A stretch of 63,986 bases of DNA, filler included, from Reticulomyxa filosa (GCA_000512085.1; 27 parts of 27 records of this genome joined end to end with filler, not necessarily neighbours in it), one strand, 5' to 3'. Shown: positions 49,085 to 61,432, numbered from the whole stretch's first letter. The notes: generated from the letters alone by a model not told the origin. Translations and numbers: made by a program.

Positions 49085-50950
49085 CCAAGAAGAATACATA
49101 TATGAATATTGTCCCAACTTCAAGAATATCGACATTATTCAAACCAAAATACAGGTATCAATAGAGAAAGATCTAATGAAAAAAATGTTTTTAAAAAAAA
49201 AAGGGAGGTTTACGTATAGCAAGAAAGTAAGGGGTGATGATGTATTATACGTATGATTAATTTGATTTAAAAAAACAAAACATAGCGTATATGCAAGTAT
49301 TGAAGCAGAGATGGGTGTAATAGTAATGACAAGCACACCACAGCCGAATGGAGTGTGCAAATGGTTTGGACAGCCAGGAGTGCAAATAACATTTGATGCA
49401 TGTCTGGTGATAGATTGCTCCTGTACCACAATGGCGCGAGCTCCAAATTTGGCTATCAATAATACATATAGTCTCGGCAGTTCCATCTTTCCAATCTATC
49501 GCACTACAATCAAAATAAATGCAAGTCCAAATTTATCAAAGTTCAACGTTATCGTCCAAGATATTGTCGTCGATATGTGCAACTTCGTTATGTATCAACA
49601 AATTGCTATTCGCAAGTCACAAACAATCAGGACCAACATTTTTCAAATGTTGTTCAATACTTCAATGTTAGGTTCTTTTTTTTTTACTATTTTTTTTAAT
49701 AAAAGATAACCAAAAAAATTTGTATAGGACGTACAATGTGGAGCAAAAAAAAAGGGACATGGACGACAATGACAACAATGCCGACTTTGACACATGGCAC
49801 GACTGCATACAATTGTCGGTATGAAACGTCGGTGTCATTACTTGGACCAGCACCTGCCTTACGTGGTAGAAGTACTGTTGGTGCAAATGAGGATATGTGC
49901 AAAACATAATTGACTAGCAATCGAATTGCAAGTCAGTGGTGATGCAAATCCTTTTTTGTGCGGCAGGACCACTTTCCACAAGGCATGGTCTATCAAATAG
50001 CACTTATGCTATCACTTTATACTCCGGTTCACACAAACAGTTCACATATTGACCATGCTCCTGACAATATCGCAATCCATTTGTGGGAAACTTCGCTGCC
50101 ACCAAATAAACTCACAGCAATCTCCACATCAAAATGTGACCCATGTGGTCTTGTAAAGTTATTTTTACTTTGTTGTTGTAATAATAATATAAAGATGTTG
50201 TTTTGTCGTTGCTTGTATAAAATGAACAAAATGGAGCAGCGATTGCGCAAATGATTGAGTAAGTGGACTGATCGCAACAATGAAGCTTATTTCTTCAAAG
50301 TGCGATTGTGTGCAATACGAGATGAAACCGCACTTGCAAAGCATCAATATAAGGTAGTATCTGATTTTTTTAATTATGTTCATCTTGTAGATATATTGTA
50401 TCATTTACATAGGACCAGCTGTGAAAAAAAAAAGAATACGGGGTAGAAACCACCCCGCCTCCGAAAGGAGAAATAATGGTTTGGATATCTATCTTTTTTT
50501 AAAGATATGTTTAACTGTTTTGTGTTTTGTGTTGTATATTGTGTAACATAGGTTCCTCCGTCTGCAATGCTCGTTACAATTCTATTTTCCCTCCCCTTCA
50601 CACAAAAGAAAAATAGGGGTTGAATCTACACCCGTATCCTCGATGAGGAAGAATGGTTTGTTATATTTATTTATATATACATAGATATTCTTTTGTTATA
50701 ATGTTTTGTGTTTATGTGACTAAATAGGATTCCCCCACCAAAGAAAAAAACATATGTTTATTTATTTATTTGTCCCCCCTCCCTAAAAAAAATTATTGTT
50801 AGTGTCTTTATAGGAAAAAAATAATCGAAAGATTTTGTCCAAATAATAGTTATACATCTTTTTTTTTGTATGTTATTTAAAAAGATAATAAAATGTAACT
50901 TGTTTGTTTGCATATAGGTTGTCTCAACAAAATGTGACGTGCAGGTATCT
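49085..50950 (+). mobile_element. Degenerate LINE-like element 3' half: RNase H-like, zinc-knuckle remnant, structured 3' region
   Basis: RELQI (AEL.AI-like), IVVDMCNFV (I.TD-like), DNDNNADF (GNE.AD-like) and KCDPCG..FLLCC (CCHC-like). Colinear with 11758-13347. Confidence 0.6.
50434..50737 (+). repeat. Tandemly duplicated structured motif, copy B
   Basis: Unit 1 at 50434-50483 (GAATACGGGGTAGAAACCACCCCGCCTCCGAAAGGAGAAATAATGGTTTG), box TAGGTTCCTCCGTCTG at 50549-50564, unit 2 at 50611-50660, box TAGGATTCCCCC at about 50725-50736. Confidence 0.85.
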
Positions 50951-51358
50951 ATGTTGAAAAAAGTGAAAAAATTGAGAATAATGGGAGGGAAAAAAAGAGC
51001 ATGGAATAATAAAAGAAAAAAAAAGTGAAGAAAAAAAAAGGATGAAGAAAAAAATGTAGTAATAGTAAAAAAAAAAGAACCATAAAAGAAAAGGGAAAAA
51101 GAAAAATGAAAGAAAAAAAGAAAAAGAAAAAGGAAAAAAGAAAGTAAAAAAGTGATAGAAAAAAATGATGAAAAAGAAATAATAAAAAAAGAAGAAAAAA
51201 ACAAAGAAGATAATGAAAAAATTGATATTTGTAATGTTAATTTTTTATTTTTTTTAATATTTGAAAGTGGTTATCCAGCGCTGGATAACAACGTAAGTAA
51301 GTTTTTTTTTGTTTATTTAAAAAAATGTATTATGATATCATGTGATTTAATGCTATAG

Positions 51359-52690
51359 GACACAAAAGTTGGCAATGATATTACGTCGGACAAATCAACT
51401 TCAATACGCGCATTATCTAACCGCTTTTCATATGATGCTTCCAATATGAACGTACAAGATTTTCCTGTAACCACATGATAAAAAAAAATAGATCGTAACA
51501 TTTGCATGTCAAACAAAGTTGGTAATGTATGCAACTACTTGCGATTCCGGTCATTATCGACGAAATTAAAGTTCTATTACGTCCACAACTTTGTTGGTCG
51601 CGCGTGAACTGATACAAAGCTGGAAAATCTTCAAATTGGCTAGATTATACCAGCATTCTCGAGTATCGGCGTGCCCGTACAATATCGAACAAGTATTTAA
51701 AGAAAAAGATCAATCGTCGAAGTGAGTTTGGAATAAGTATGTGCTTGATTGAATATTTTTTTCTTTTTTGAATAATATCCAATTGATACTTTATTCCTGT
51801 GAAAATAGATTTGAAGCAACAAAAACATGTCTCAAGTGAAAGAATTGATATTATTAACAAGTTGTTCAGAGCATAATCGGCATAACATGTATGCATTGCA
51901 GACTCTATATTGGATAAAAAATCAAGGTTTGAATGGTGAATTGGATCATTAAAGTCTTATCCTCGGCTTGCAGATAATATTGGCGCTATTTGTGAGCCAC
52001 TCGGATCTTCTTCGACAATACACTGCATATATTCCATCATCTCCAAATTGTATTGATAGTCAACATTGAACACGTCCAGTCAACATATTAACACGGGCCA
52101 GCAAACAAGTGAATTGGAACCATGACCAGCAATCTTGGAATCGACTCCACGAATTGATCATTTGATATCCAATAAGCAACTCAAATTTGCATTTCCAATC
52201 TCAAAATATTATATATACCGCAAGCCATATCAAAAATTACAAAGACAATATGAACTAAATCTATGGACAGATGCAGCGCGATTATATCGTTGTCCGGCTT
52301 GGTGTTTTCTTGGTCTATCGCAATCACAGCTCAAAAGTGGATTGTTTGTGTAAGTGCACAAATTAGTAAATATAATACATACAGTCCAGGAAAAATAGCT
52401 TCATCAGAGTTGTGGCGAATGAAGTGCGAGCGACAAAGAAAAGTGGAAAAGTTCAAATAAATGCATATTCTGTGGAGAATTCCTTCATAGCATGCAATCC
52501 TGCTATTACCGAATTCAAGACAGGAAATGCATATCACCAACTCCAAGACAATCAAATTAATGGCATACAAAAATATCAATCGCAAAAGATAGCAGCTTTA
52601 CTCGAAGGTATATGTTATTTGTATTATATTTTCAGTTGTTGTGAAATATATTAACTAAAACAATATGAGCATGGATAATTTAATTGTAGG
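51359..52690 (+). mobile_element. Second degenerate RT-like segment in the same orientation
   Basis: LADNIGAI (YADD-like, 51967-51990), STLNTSS (LN..KT-like), NKQLKF (D.KL.F-like) and YNTY..KIASSELW..KVEKF (thumb-like). Many stops. Confidence 0.5.
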
Positions 52691-55600
52691 TTTGTAATGA
52701 AAGAAAGAGGAAGAGGATACAGAAAAAGAATATATTAAGAGAAGAAGAACAGAAAAAGAATGAAGCAAAAATGTGGACCAGTAGCATTATGGTATATGAA
52801 TTTCAATGAATCGTACAAGAAGTGTGAGCTATTGAGAGAAAGAGAGGCAAGATGATAATGTGAATAAAGAGAACGACAAAAGGAATCCATTTCACCAGTA
52901 CTTTGAGTGGTTATATATGATATGTATGAATTTACAATCATATAACAGCATTCAAATTAGCACTCGATTCGCTTCAACTCGTCAATGCGCATAATTCAAT
53001 CAAATATTGGCTGCTTCCTTTTACGTACAGTAATATAATTATGCTGTATGTGCGTGTGATATCCAATATTGATACACCAAAGATACACGAAAATATTTCC
53101 AAGGTATAATTGAGATGTCTTTCGTGCTGACTTGGTGGACAACATTACTGCAATTTAATTGATAATTGGATTTTTTTCAATGTAAAAAATCTGCTATTAT
53201 CATCAAATAAGATTGGTATGAAATGATTGGCTTGGTTGATTCGAACCCATTCGCAAGAAGGTTAAAGTTAAAAATACATTGATTATTTTTGTCTTTCTCT
53301 CTAAGCAATTTGAGTTAATTTGTTTTTGTTTTTATTTTTACAACAGCTAGAATACGTCAAGTCCAAAAGCGATACAAATGGTTGCAGTAATAACTAATGA
53401 ATGATGGATTGTATTTCCAATAGTCACTCCATCTCCTTGCCACACAAACACGAACGCGGCCAATCATTTTTTGTTGAAGCAATGTTGGTCCACTTGCCTC
53501 CATTCATACTCGAGACAAAGCGACAGACCAACATAAACAATGACAAAGTTATTAAATATAAAAAAAAAACATGGCAACGAATACTGCATCCACTCTATTT
53601 CCATTACTATGGAGTCCGTTTCGTTGCCATTGCCGTCATTGAGCATTTGAGGTGGCGTCGACGCCATAGTCTAGTCTGGAGCCACTATTATATTAATGTA
53701 TCTTCTAGCTCGTCGCTTATTGTATCGGCTACCAAAGACGCTTTCGATTGCATCATCACCAAGTTTCGATCTTATTGCAAAGTCTGCTATTGCCACACCA
53801 GCAAAAGCAAAGTAATAACATACGGCGATCTTGGAGTATATATGAACATTGCCACAATCTTTTTAAATATTATTTTTGCTTACAATTGTTCTTTTTTTAA
53901 TGTTTGAAATTGTATGCATTTTATAACACGTTGTTTTTTTTATGTTTTGTAATTCAGACAATTCAACTCATTATTGTCTTTGCCATATCTAATAAAAATT
54001 TTTGATTGTTATAAAATAGAATTATTCATTTCTCTTTCCTCTTTATTTTCAATTATCTCTTTTATCTCATTTCAGATCTGAATACATCATTATTATTTCT
54101 ATTACCAGCAAGTTTCATTGTGCAATATCCTTCTTATGGAAAAGATTGAAAAAAACTTAAAACTGGAACGAATAAGCTTGTGTTGATAAAGGGTGGCCAG
54201 AATTAAACAAAGTAATTATAGTTATTTAAAAATTAATATTCACATAAAATTGAAGCAAGATGTGTGCGAAAAAATTGTAATAAGTAATACACACGTAACA
54301 ACAAGCAGATCAGAAGGAAGTAGATTTTGTTGGGGGCAATAGCAGAAAGTTGATGAATCGATAAAAGATACTTACAAAGACCGTGCTGGCAACATGAGAT
54401 TGCTATAATGGCCACACCAAAGAGATTCAGAGCTTTGCAAAGATTTGTGGCATATGCACACCAGTTCTTGCTTTTGAATATCATGATCTAGTGATTCATT
54501 GATTTGAATTGGATATGGAGAGCCCAAAGAGGAATGCAACAGAAGGAAAAGACTGCTTATTTCTTTAAAAAACATGTCAGTATCCATGTAATTCGATTAT
54601 TCTTTCACTTTTATATCGAAAGCCACAGCATCTCTTCTAAGTTTTAACTTACGTAACAACATGAAGATAAGAAAACAAAAAAGGAACTATGCCCTTTTTA
54701 GAACACTTCAATTGATATTTTCAGAATAAAGCAAATACAATCAATTTTAAAGTAAATTATATTATCTTTTTGAAGATATTATTTTATAATAAAAATTTTG
54801 TTAACTTTTTTGCACAACTTAAATAAGTGCGAAACTTCAGTACTTCTAAAATTAAAAAAAAANNNNNNNNNNNNNNNNNNNNNNNNNNNNNNNNNNNNNN
54901 NNNNNNTTAATTAATTAANNNNNNNNNNNNNNNNNNNNNNNNNNNNNNNNNNNNNNNNNNNNCAGTATATGCCCTTTTGTTCTTGCTTGGTTTTTGTTTT
55001 TATTTTTGATAATTCTTAGATGTTATCTCTTTTTTGAAATTTGGAATATCTTAAAATTAATTATCTCCTGAATTTTCAAAGCTATGTTTTTTTTCATGAC
55101 ATCATTTGCAAGAATAATATTTTGTAAAAAATTGATCTAAAAGAGATAAAATAATTATTTAAAGCAACTATGAAGTAAAACAATTTTGGCAAATGATCAA
55201 AGAAATTCTTAAAATGATATGCTGAAATTTTTCCTTTGACTAACTCCATACATTTTGCATAATTTTTTTTCCAGATAGAAGACCAAAAATTTTGTAATAC
55301 ATTTTTATTAAATATCATCGTCAGAGCTCTTGCTAGATTAAAAGAATAAGAACAACATTAACTTTTTTGTTCCTTTTGAAGAAACATCGTAAACGTGTCG
55401 AGCTTGAGTATTTTGTTGAAAAAATCTAGTTGTTTGTTTATTATTTCGTTTAAGTAAAGGTAAATTACCGTTATTTTTACCTTTTTTTGTTAGTGTTAAA
55501 AGTTAAACTTTGGAGTGCCTGGACAACATTACATTAAAAAAAATAGATCCAATGACCACAACGCCAATACGATTTTGGCGTCGAAGGGTTTCATTTCATA

Positions 55601-56544
55601 GCATCATCGGTCATTCGTGCAGATTGGACAGAAGCCATTTGTGACGCAATTTTAAATATTTTTTGTTATCATTGGTATTTGATTTGCTTTGGAATTAATT
55701 GTTATTACGATTTGCTTCCTTCGTTGCTATTGTAGTGTCCTTAAATGCTTAGATTTCGTTATTGGAAAGATTATCTTAACAATGGTTTTTAGATTATAGC
55801 TGCTCAACCATCAGATAGGAATATTTTTTACTTTGATTGATAAAACAAAGATTGTATTTTTCGTTTGACTGGAAGACAAAAAAAAATTACAAATTTTTTT
55901 CGTTAATTTTCAATGACGAAAATAGAAAGTTTTTGTTCTCAAGTTTCAATGACAAAACACCAAATCGAATAGCACACATTTCATATCAATCGCTTTAGAT
56001 ATGAGAGAATTGAACGAATATGTTGGTTACTAACTGACGTCGAGCTTTGAGTACTACCAAGCAAAAACTCAGACTTCACATGTAGCCACAAGAAATCTAC
56101 CCTTTCTAATAAGGGTAAGCAGGAAGTAAGTCTTTGCAGTTTGTTGTCAAGAGACAAACGTTCTACATCTTAAAAAAAACTGAACTCTCCCTTTTGTAAT
56201 CCACTTGATTGATTTAAATAATAAAATAATTCTATAATCATAATTTCAGAATAAATAAACAAAGATATTTTTTAAATTGAAAATAAAAAATCTGGAACTA
56301 GACCCTTTTGAAGGAACTATTCAACTCGTCGTAATTTTATTTTTATATTTTTTTTATGTATCATCATTAGTTTTGGATTCTTCGCAATCNNNNNNNNNNN
56401 NNNNNNNNNNNNNNNNNNNNNNNNNNNNNNNNNTTAATTAATTAANNNNNNNNNNNNNNNNNNNNNNNNNNNNNNNNNNNNNNNNNNNNAAAAAAAAAAA
56501 AAAAATGATAATAATAGTAAATAATAAATAAATAAATAAAAGAG

Positions 56545-57483
56545 TTGGACAGTGCTTATTACGATCCCAAAACTCGAGCATTACGAGACGATCCATATAA
56601 AGGAATGGAACGTGCAGATGAAATGTATCACGGTGATAATATGGTGCGTGTGAGTGGAGATGCAGTGAAGTTTAGTGAACTCAAAAGATTCGCTTGGGAC
56701 ACACGCGAGGTTAACCCTGAACACTTGGAGGGCGCCGTACATTTGCAGGCTAACCCCACGTTGGCAGAAAAGGCCTATCGCAGCTTCCAAGAACGTAAGA
56801 AAGGCATCAAAAATGAGCACCGTGATAAAATATTACAAAAATACGGAGGGGAGGAACATTTGCAAAGCCCTCAAAAAGAACTGCTATATGGACAGTCGGA
56901 AGCTTATGCCGAGTATTCTCATGATGGTCGAGTGATCCATGGGTTAGGTGTATTCATTCCAAAGTCGAAATATAATGAGGATATTTATCCTGGAAATCAC
57001 AAATCTGTTTGGGGAAGCTGGTATAATATTGAAACTGGTGAATGGGGTTATGCGTGCTGTCATGTCACACATTACCAAGGCTATTGCACTGGACAAACTG
57101 GTATTGATGCGTCCGAAAGAAATGATGGATCTGCTGATCAAGAATTTAATTCAAAGGAAGAAGATTTAAGACAGCAACCACTTCAAACCTTCAAACAAAT
57201 TGTTGGAGTTGCTGCAAGACCCAAAGAATTGACCAACAAAGACAAGTTGGTGAATCCTTCAGGTTACGTCAGTACCAGGGGTTATCAACCGTCTTTCGCT
57301 TCAAGAAAGCAAAGAGATGACGCCGACAAGAAACCGAAACAAAACGAAGATGAAAACAGAGACATTCCAGTTGATAAAAATGCAGATGTACCAACAGATG
57401 GCATTCCGAAAAATAACGATGATGACAAAGCTACCAAAAAAGTAAAAAGATCACGTACTTCAATGGAAGCTAGCGATCAATAG
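56545..57483 (+). CDS. SLU7: Pre-mRNA splicing factor SLU7, C-terminal exon
   Basis: DSAYYDPKTR, GDNMVR, HLQANPT, KYGGEEHL, KSKYNEDIYPGNHKSVWGSW and WGYACCH. Confidence 0.95.
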   Translation: MDSAYYDPKTRALRDDPYKGMERADEMYHGDNMVRVSGDAVKFSELKRFAWDTREVNPEHLEGAVHLQANPTLAEKAYRSFQERKKGIKNEHRDKILQKYGGEEHLQSPQKELLYGQSEAYAEYSHDGRVIHGLGVFIPKSKYNEDIYPGNHKSVWGSWYNIETGEWGYACCHVTHYQGYCTGQTGIDASERNDGSADQEFNSKEEDLRQQPLQTFKQIVGVAARPKELTNKDKLVNPSGYVSTRGYQPSFASRKQRDDADKKPKQNEDENRDIPVDKNADVPTDGIPKNNDDDKATKKVKRSRTSMEASDQ

Positions 57484-57735
57484 AACAAATATTCTCATTT
57501 TATAGCTTTGTTCATTCTTTTCATTGTTTTTTAAAAAAGAACTCGTTATGTGCAAGCAATTGTGCATATATTTCAAAATTTTCATTTTTGTTGGAAGGAT
57601 TTACTTTTTTACGATTTTTCCACAAAAGAAACAAATCAATTTTCAAACATAACATCGCCCGTTGAAGAGATCCTATAAGATCTAATATAACTTGGACGCA
57701 TTTTAATACATACAAAATGGTAGATGCAAGCTTTC

Positions 57736-58354
57736 TCATGTTTTCAAATTACGAATTTTCAAAAAAACTTGGCCTGTGACAACGCTCTGGCCAGTTTGTA
57801 TTTCGACTGCATTCAGATCACAAATCACGAGTCGCTTTTCCTTGACAATTTCAACGACTGTGACCCGAGCGTCAATTGAAGCATCAACATAAACAGGTTG
57901 TTTCCATTGAAGTGTTTGTGAAACTAAAATAGCACCTGGTAAGTTTCTTCCTACAGCAGTTGCAAACAAAGCTCCTGTAAACATGCCATGAACAATGGCT
58001 TTTTTAAATCCAAATTTTTGTGCAGCAGCATCATCTTGATGAATATTATTGTTATCTCCTGTAAGCTCTGCAAACTGTGAAACTGCTTTGGAGTCAAATG
58101 TTTTAGTCACATGTGTGAAGTCACCAATGTCAAGAACAATCCGACCCTCATTGTCTAGTGCCTTTGATCTCTAAATTTTATGCGTTATTCAGCCAATTTT
58201 GTAGTTTCCTTTCGTTTTGCAAAGTGTACTAAAAAAAAGAAATCATAACCTCGGCAAACGTGACCCCACACCTTCGAGAAGAAATAAATAATGATGGATA
58301 GAAATAGGACGTTAGGCAAGGTTTGATTTTGGTTGAGGTCAGGATATGGCGCAT
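57736..58354 (-). CDS. MaoC-like (hot-dog fold) hydroxyacyl-thioester dehydratase, HTD2-like, with putative mitochondrial presequence
   Basis: FAELTGDNNNIHQD..A...GFKKAIVHGM. Upstream exon MRHILTSTKIK...SRR and an intron at about 58172-58249. Confidence 0.85.
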
Positions 58355-58747
58355 TATTGTACCTCTGCCCCTTTTTTTAAAAAAATTTAATCAAATCAGA
58401 TACAAAAAAAATTAATTTGACGTTGCGAAGTGAAAAAGGGTACAACTACCCTTTGACATCTGCTTTAACCAAATTAATTGATAATAATGGAACGGAAGAG
58501 TATGCCATTATTTTAAAATTTCTTAAGTTGCAACGCAGACAAAGTACTTTCAAAGATTAACAAATTCTCCAAAAAAATTTAAAAAGAAAAAATATTTTGA
58601 TATGTGTTAGCAAATTAGAGAGTAGTTGACAATCGGTTGATTTGAAATCAAGAATTCACGCAAAATCCACACATTTGTTGTTACCACTAAACAAACAAGC
58701 AAACAAAGAAAAAGAGTCAGTCCACCTCTGGAAGAAGAAGAAGAAGA

Positions 58748-59580
58748 TTAGGGAAGTGAGTCTCCAATGAACTGATAATCAAAAGGATCCAATTCTTGTC
58801 CATTCTTTGCAGATAGATCCATGGGCCCAATTTCAATTTCCATGTCATTGCCATTACCATTGCCGGCTAAAGAATACATCGGAGGCGTGCCAATATGAGC
58901 CAACAAAGCACTCGACAAAGGAGAGAGTGAGTTATCAAGTGCATTTTCAGTTTCCGTAGCTTCTGCATACACCTCGCGATGGGTGGCAACTTTTTGTTTC
59001 GTTTCGGAAGATGCCAGTGCCAAAGCGATAACACTAGAAATGGAGTCAATCCAAGAGCGTTTGGTTTTCGAAAGGACCCACTCCTCAAACTGTTTGTTAT
59101 TATGTAAATAGATGCGTCGTAAATCGACAAAGTATGTACCCATCATGATCATTAATTGGCATAAGAAGAAGAGGCTAATCAAATACCAGTACCGATCGTA
59201 GTTGCCAGGGATAATTGCACTCATTAAATCATGACAAACAGCAGTGCCAATGAGTTCAACGAACACACGAAATCCATTGATCTTGCCCACAAACGAAGGG
59301 GGTTGAATGGCCATTATTTGCAAAGTCGACAACATGACAAAGCACCCCAATATCAAGCCCATTATAAAATTTAAAAACCAAAACACCCAGGCATAGTTGA
59401 GAGGAATCAGTGATAAAAACATTGATGACACACAGCACGCCAAAGAAAACATCGCCATCAAAGTTTTGGCCAGTTTTTCATTTGGTTTCAATGACGACGT
59501 CGGGTCTGGTGGCAAGCACGGCGGATGATAAGGATGTTTCGAATTTAAGAATAGAATGAACTCAGGGGTATACAAAATTG
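58748..59580 (-). CDS. MFS-like multi-pass transporter, C-terminal exon
   Basis: Several hydrophobic helices and the P.SFVGKING motif typical of the MFS TM10-11 loop. Confidence 0.6.
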
Positions 59581-59969
59581 CTGCAATTGCAAAAAAAAAA
59601 AAAAAAAAAAAATTTGCTTAGTAAGCAAATATATTACAGACATGAACCCCCCCTCCCAAAAAAAAAANNNNNNNNNNNNNNNNNNNNNNNNNNNNNNNNN
59701 NNNNNNNNNNNTTAATTAATTAANNNNNNNNNNNNNNNNNNNNNNNNNNNNNNNNNNNNNNNNNNNNTTCTTCTTCTGCTTCCTCTTCTTCTTCTTCTTC
59801 TTCTTCTTCTTTTTCATCTTTTTTGCAAAAGCAATTTCAAAAATATAGATGTGGTATATGTAGAGCATATAACAATACACATTATATACATATACATATG
59901 TATATATACATGTATGTATGTATATGTATATAAATATATGTATGTAAATATATATGCATATGATACTAT

Positions 59970-61432
59970 GTCGATGTTCTCTGGGCGTTAAAGTGAGCTT
60001 GCCCAATTCGGCCATAACGACTAAATCCTCTTGATGTGAGAAAGTAAGATTGTTGTCTTCAAGTACAGCAAGCTTTTCTTCTTTTTCTTCTTTAGATTCG
60101 GATTGTGCATCCACATGAACGACCAAAGGAGCAGTAGGTTCTTTCTGTTGTTTGGAGCGATCATTCGGAATAAAGACTTGAAATTCCTCCTACAGCAATA
60201 TGCAAAAAGGGGACACAATAAGGAATACAGGCCAAGTCACATAAAAAAAAAATAATAATAACTATATCAGGTGCAACCAGCACTTGATCAATAAAGTACG
60301 TAAGAATGGACACCATAGCTTTGGCAGAATCTTGACAAGTGCCAAAGCGAACCAAGCCTCCACTGATGGTAATTTCATTTTTGGAGGATGTCCTTGCTTG
60401 GGCGATGAATGTATCAATCCAATCAAAGTCCAAAACTCGTACAAAGCCAATACTTTCCAAATGATCCGACAGCAAATTTCCGGGCAGCAAATGCAAGAAG
60501 GGATTGCACAATTGCGGGACATTGCCTCGTTCGATGTCGAATTGTTCGATCATATCAACAGGTCGTCGGTGTGGCGAGCAAGGAGGAAGGAGGAACGACG
60601 GCGAAGGATGAGACAATTCTGCCATTCCGGTCAGAGATAGCAATTCCCATTTCTTCCGATCGACCATGTTATTCCATTGAGTATTTACATTGGAAACCTG
60701 TTCGCAGTTGTGTCCTGAGAACAATTCATACAACGTACTCCATCTCATTTTCTTGGCGTTGGAATGCAGGAACACAGCTCCATCTCGCAAATCGATTCCA
60801 AACGATATCATGGGACTAAGTGGTACCACGTTGGTGGTTATTCGAATCTTTTCGCACGCCAATACCAATTGCTCTTTCACTCCCAATGGATTGTAAGACA
60901 GACAGCAGTCGTATGCGTTGACGTATACGTTTGTTATGTTTTGCAGCTCCGGATAAGAGGATGGATGTTTCGTATGACCTTCAACTTTGATCTCAAATGC
61001 CAATGGAGCAGTCTTTTTCATATCATCTTTATCGCTGTCATCAATCTTATTACTGACATTCGTTGTATTTCGATCCGTCATTGGTTTGGAAGAGAATTGA
61101 TTGGTATTAATGGTAAAAAATTCCGAGATTTTGACGGCCCATTCGGACTCCAATCGAAATTCGTGAGTCAATGCCGCAAATTTACCAAGGTAAAAATCTG
61201 CAAAAACGTCGGAGGCTGTTTTGGATTGACCCGCAATACACTTTGATCCACTTCATGAACACGCAAAGAAATGAAAATGTGCAACACATCACGCGTCTCG
61301 TCTGCAGGAGCCCAGTCTGGCCTTATAGGTGATATGTCATTGTCACCAGTTGCCATCATCATACTTGCGTGGCGAAAAGGATTGGAGGATTTGATAAGAT
61401 TGGCATTGACATTAGCATTGGCATTGGCATTG
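59970..61432 (-). CDS. ATG2: Autophagy protein ATG2-like fragment (frameshift near 61170)
   Basis: GFVRVLDFD...EITISGGLVRFGTCQDSAKAMVSILTY resembles the ATG2 CAD motif (TCADS..L..L..Y). Confidence 0.6.

Noticed and set aside
50424-50446. -1 ribosomal frameshift signal (A_AAA_AAG, 5-nt spacer, then pseudoknot)
   Set aside because: The geometry fits and the A-run is present in both copies, but the -1 frame closes after about 23 codons, poly-A runs are ubiquitous in this genome, and the motif is duplicated in non-coding sequence.
50434-50660. Hammerhead or HDV-like ribozyme assignment of the structured motif
   Set aside because: No CUGANGA core is present, and I could not map the nested P1/P1.1/P2/P3/P4 topology.
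50758-51204. Phe-rich 148-aa ORF as a membrane protein
   Set aside because: It is a translation of the low-complexity purine-rich tract.
53229-53257. tRNA or tRNA-derived SINE (GGGTTCGAATC B-box-like on the minus strand)
   Set aside because: No T-stem closure, A-box or cloverleaf.
54963-56389. Genes or ncRNA in this contig (for example the ACGCCAA/TTGGCGT hairpin at about 55561-55581)
   Set aside because: No recognisable motif; a short inverted repeat like this is expected by chance.
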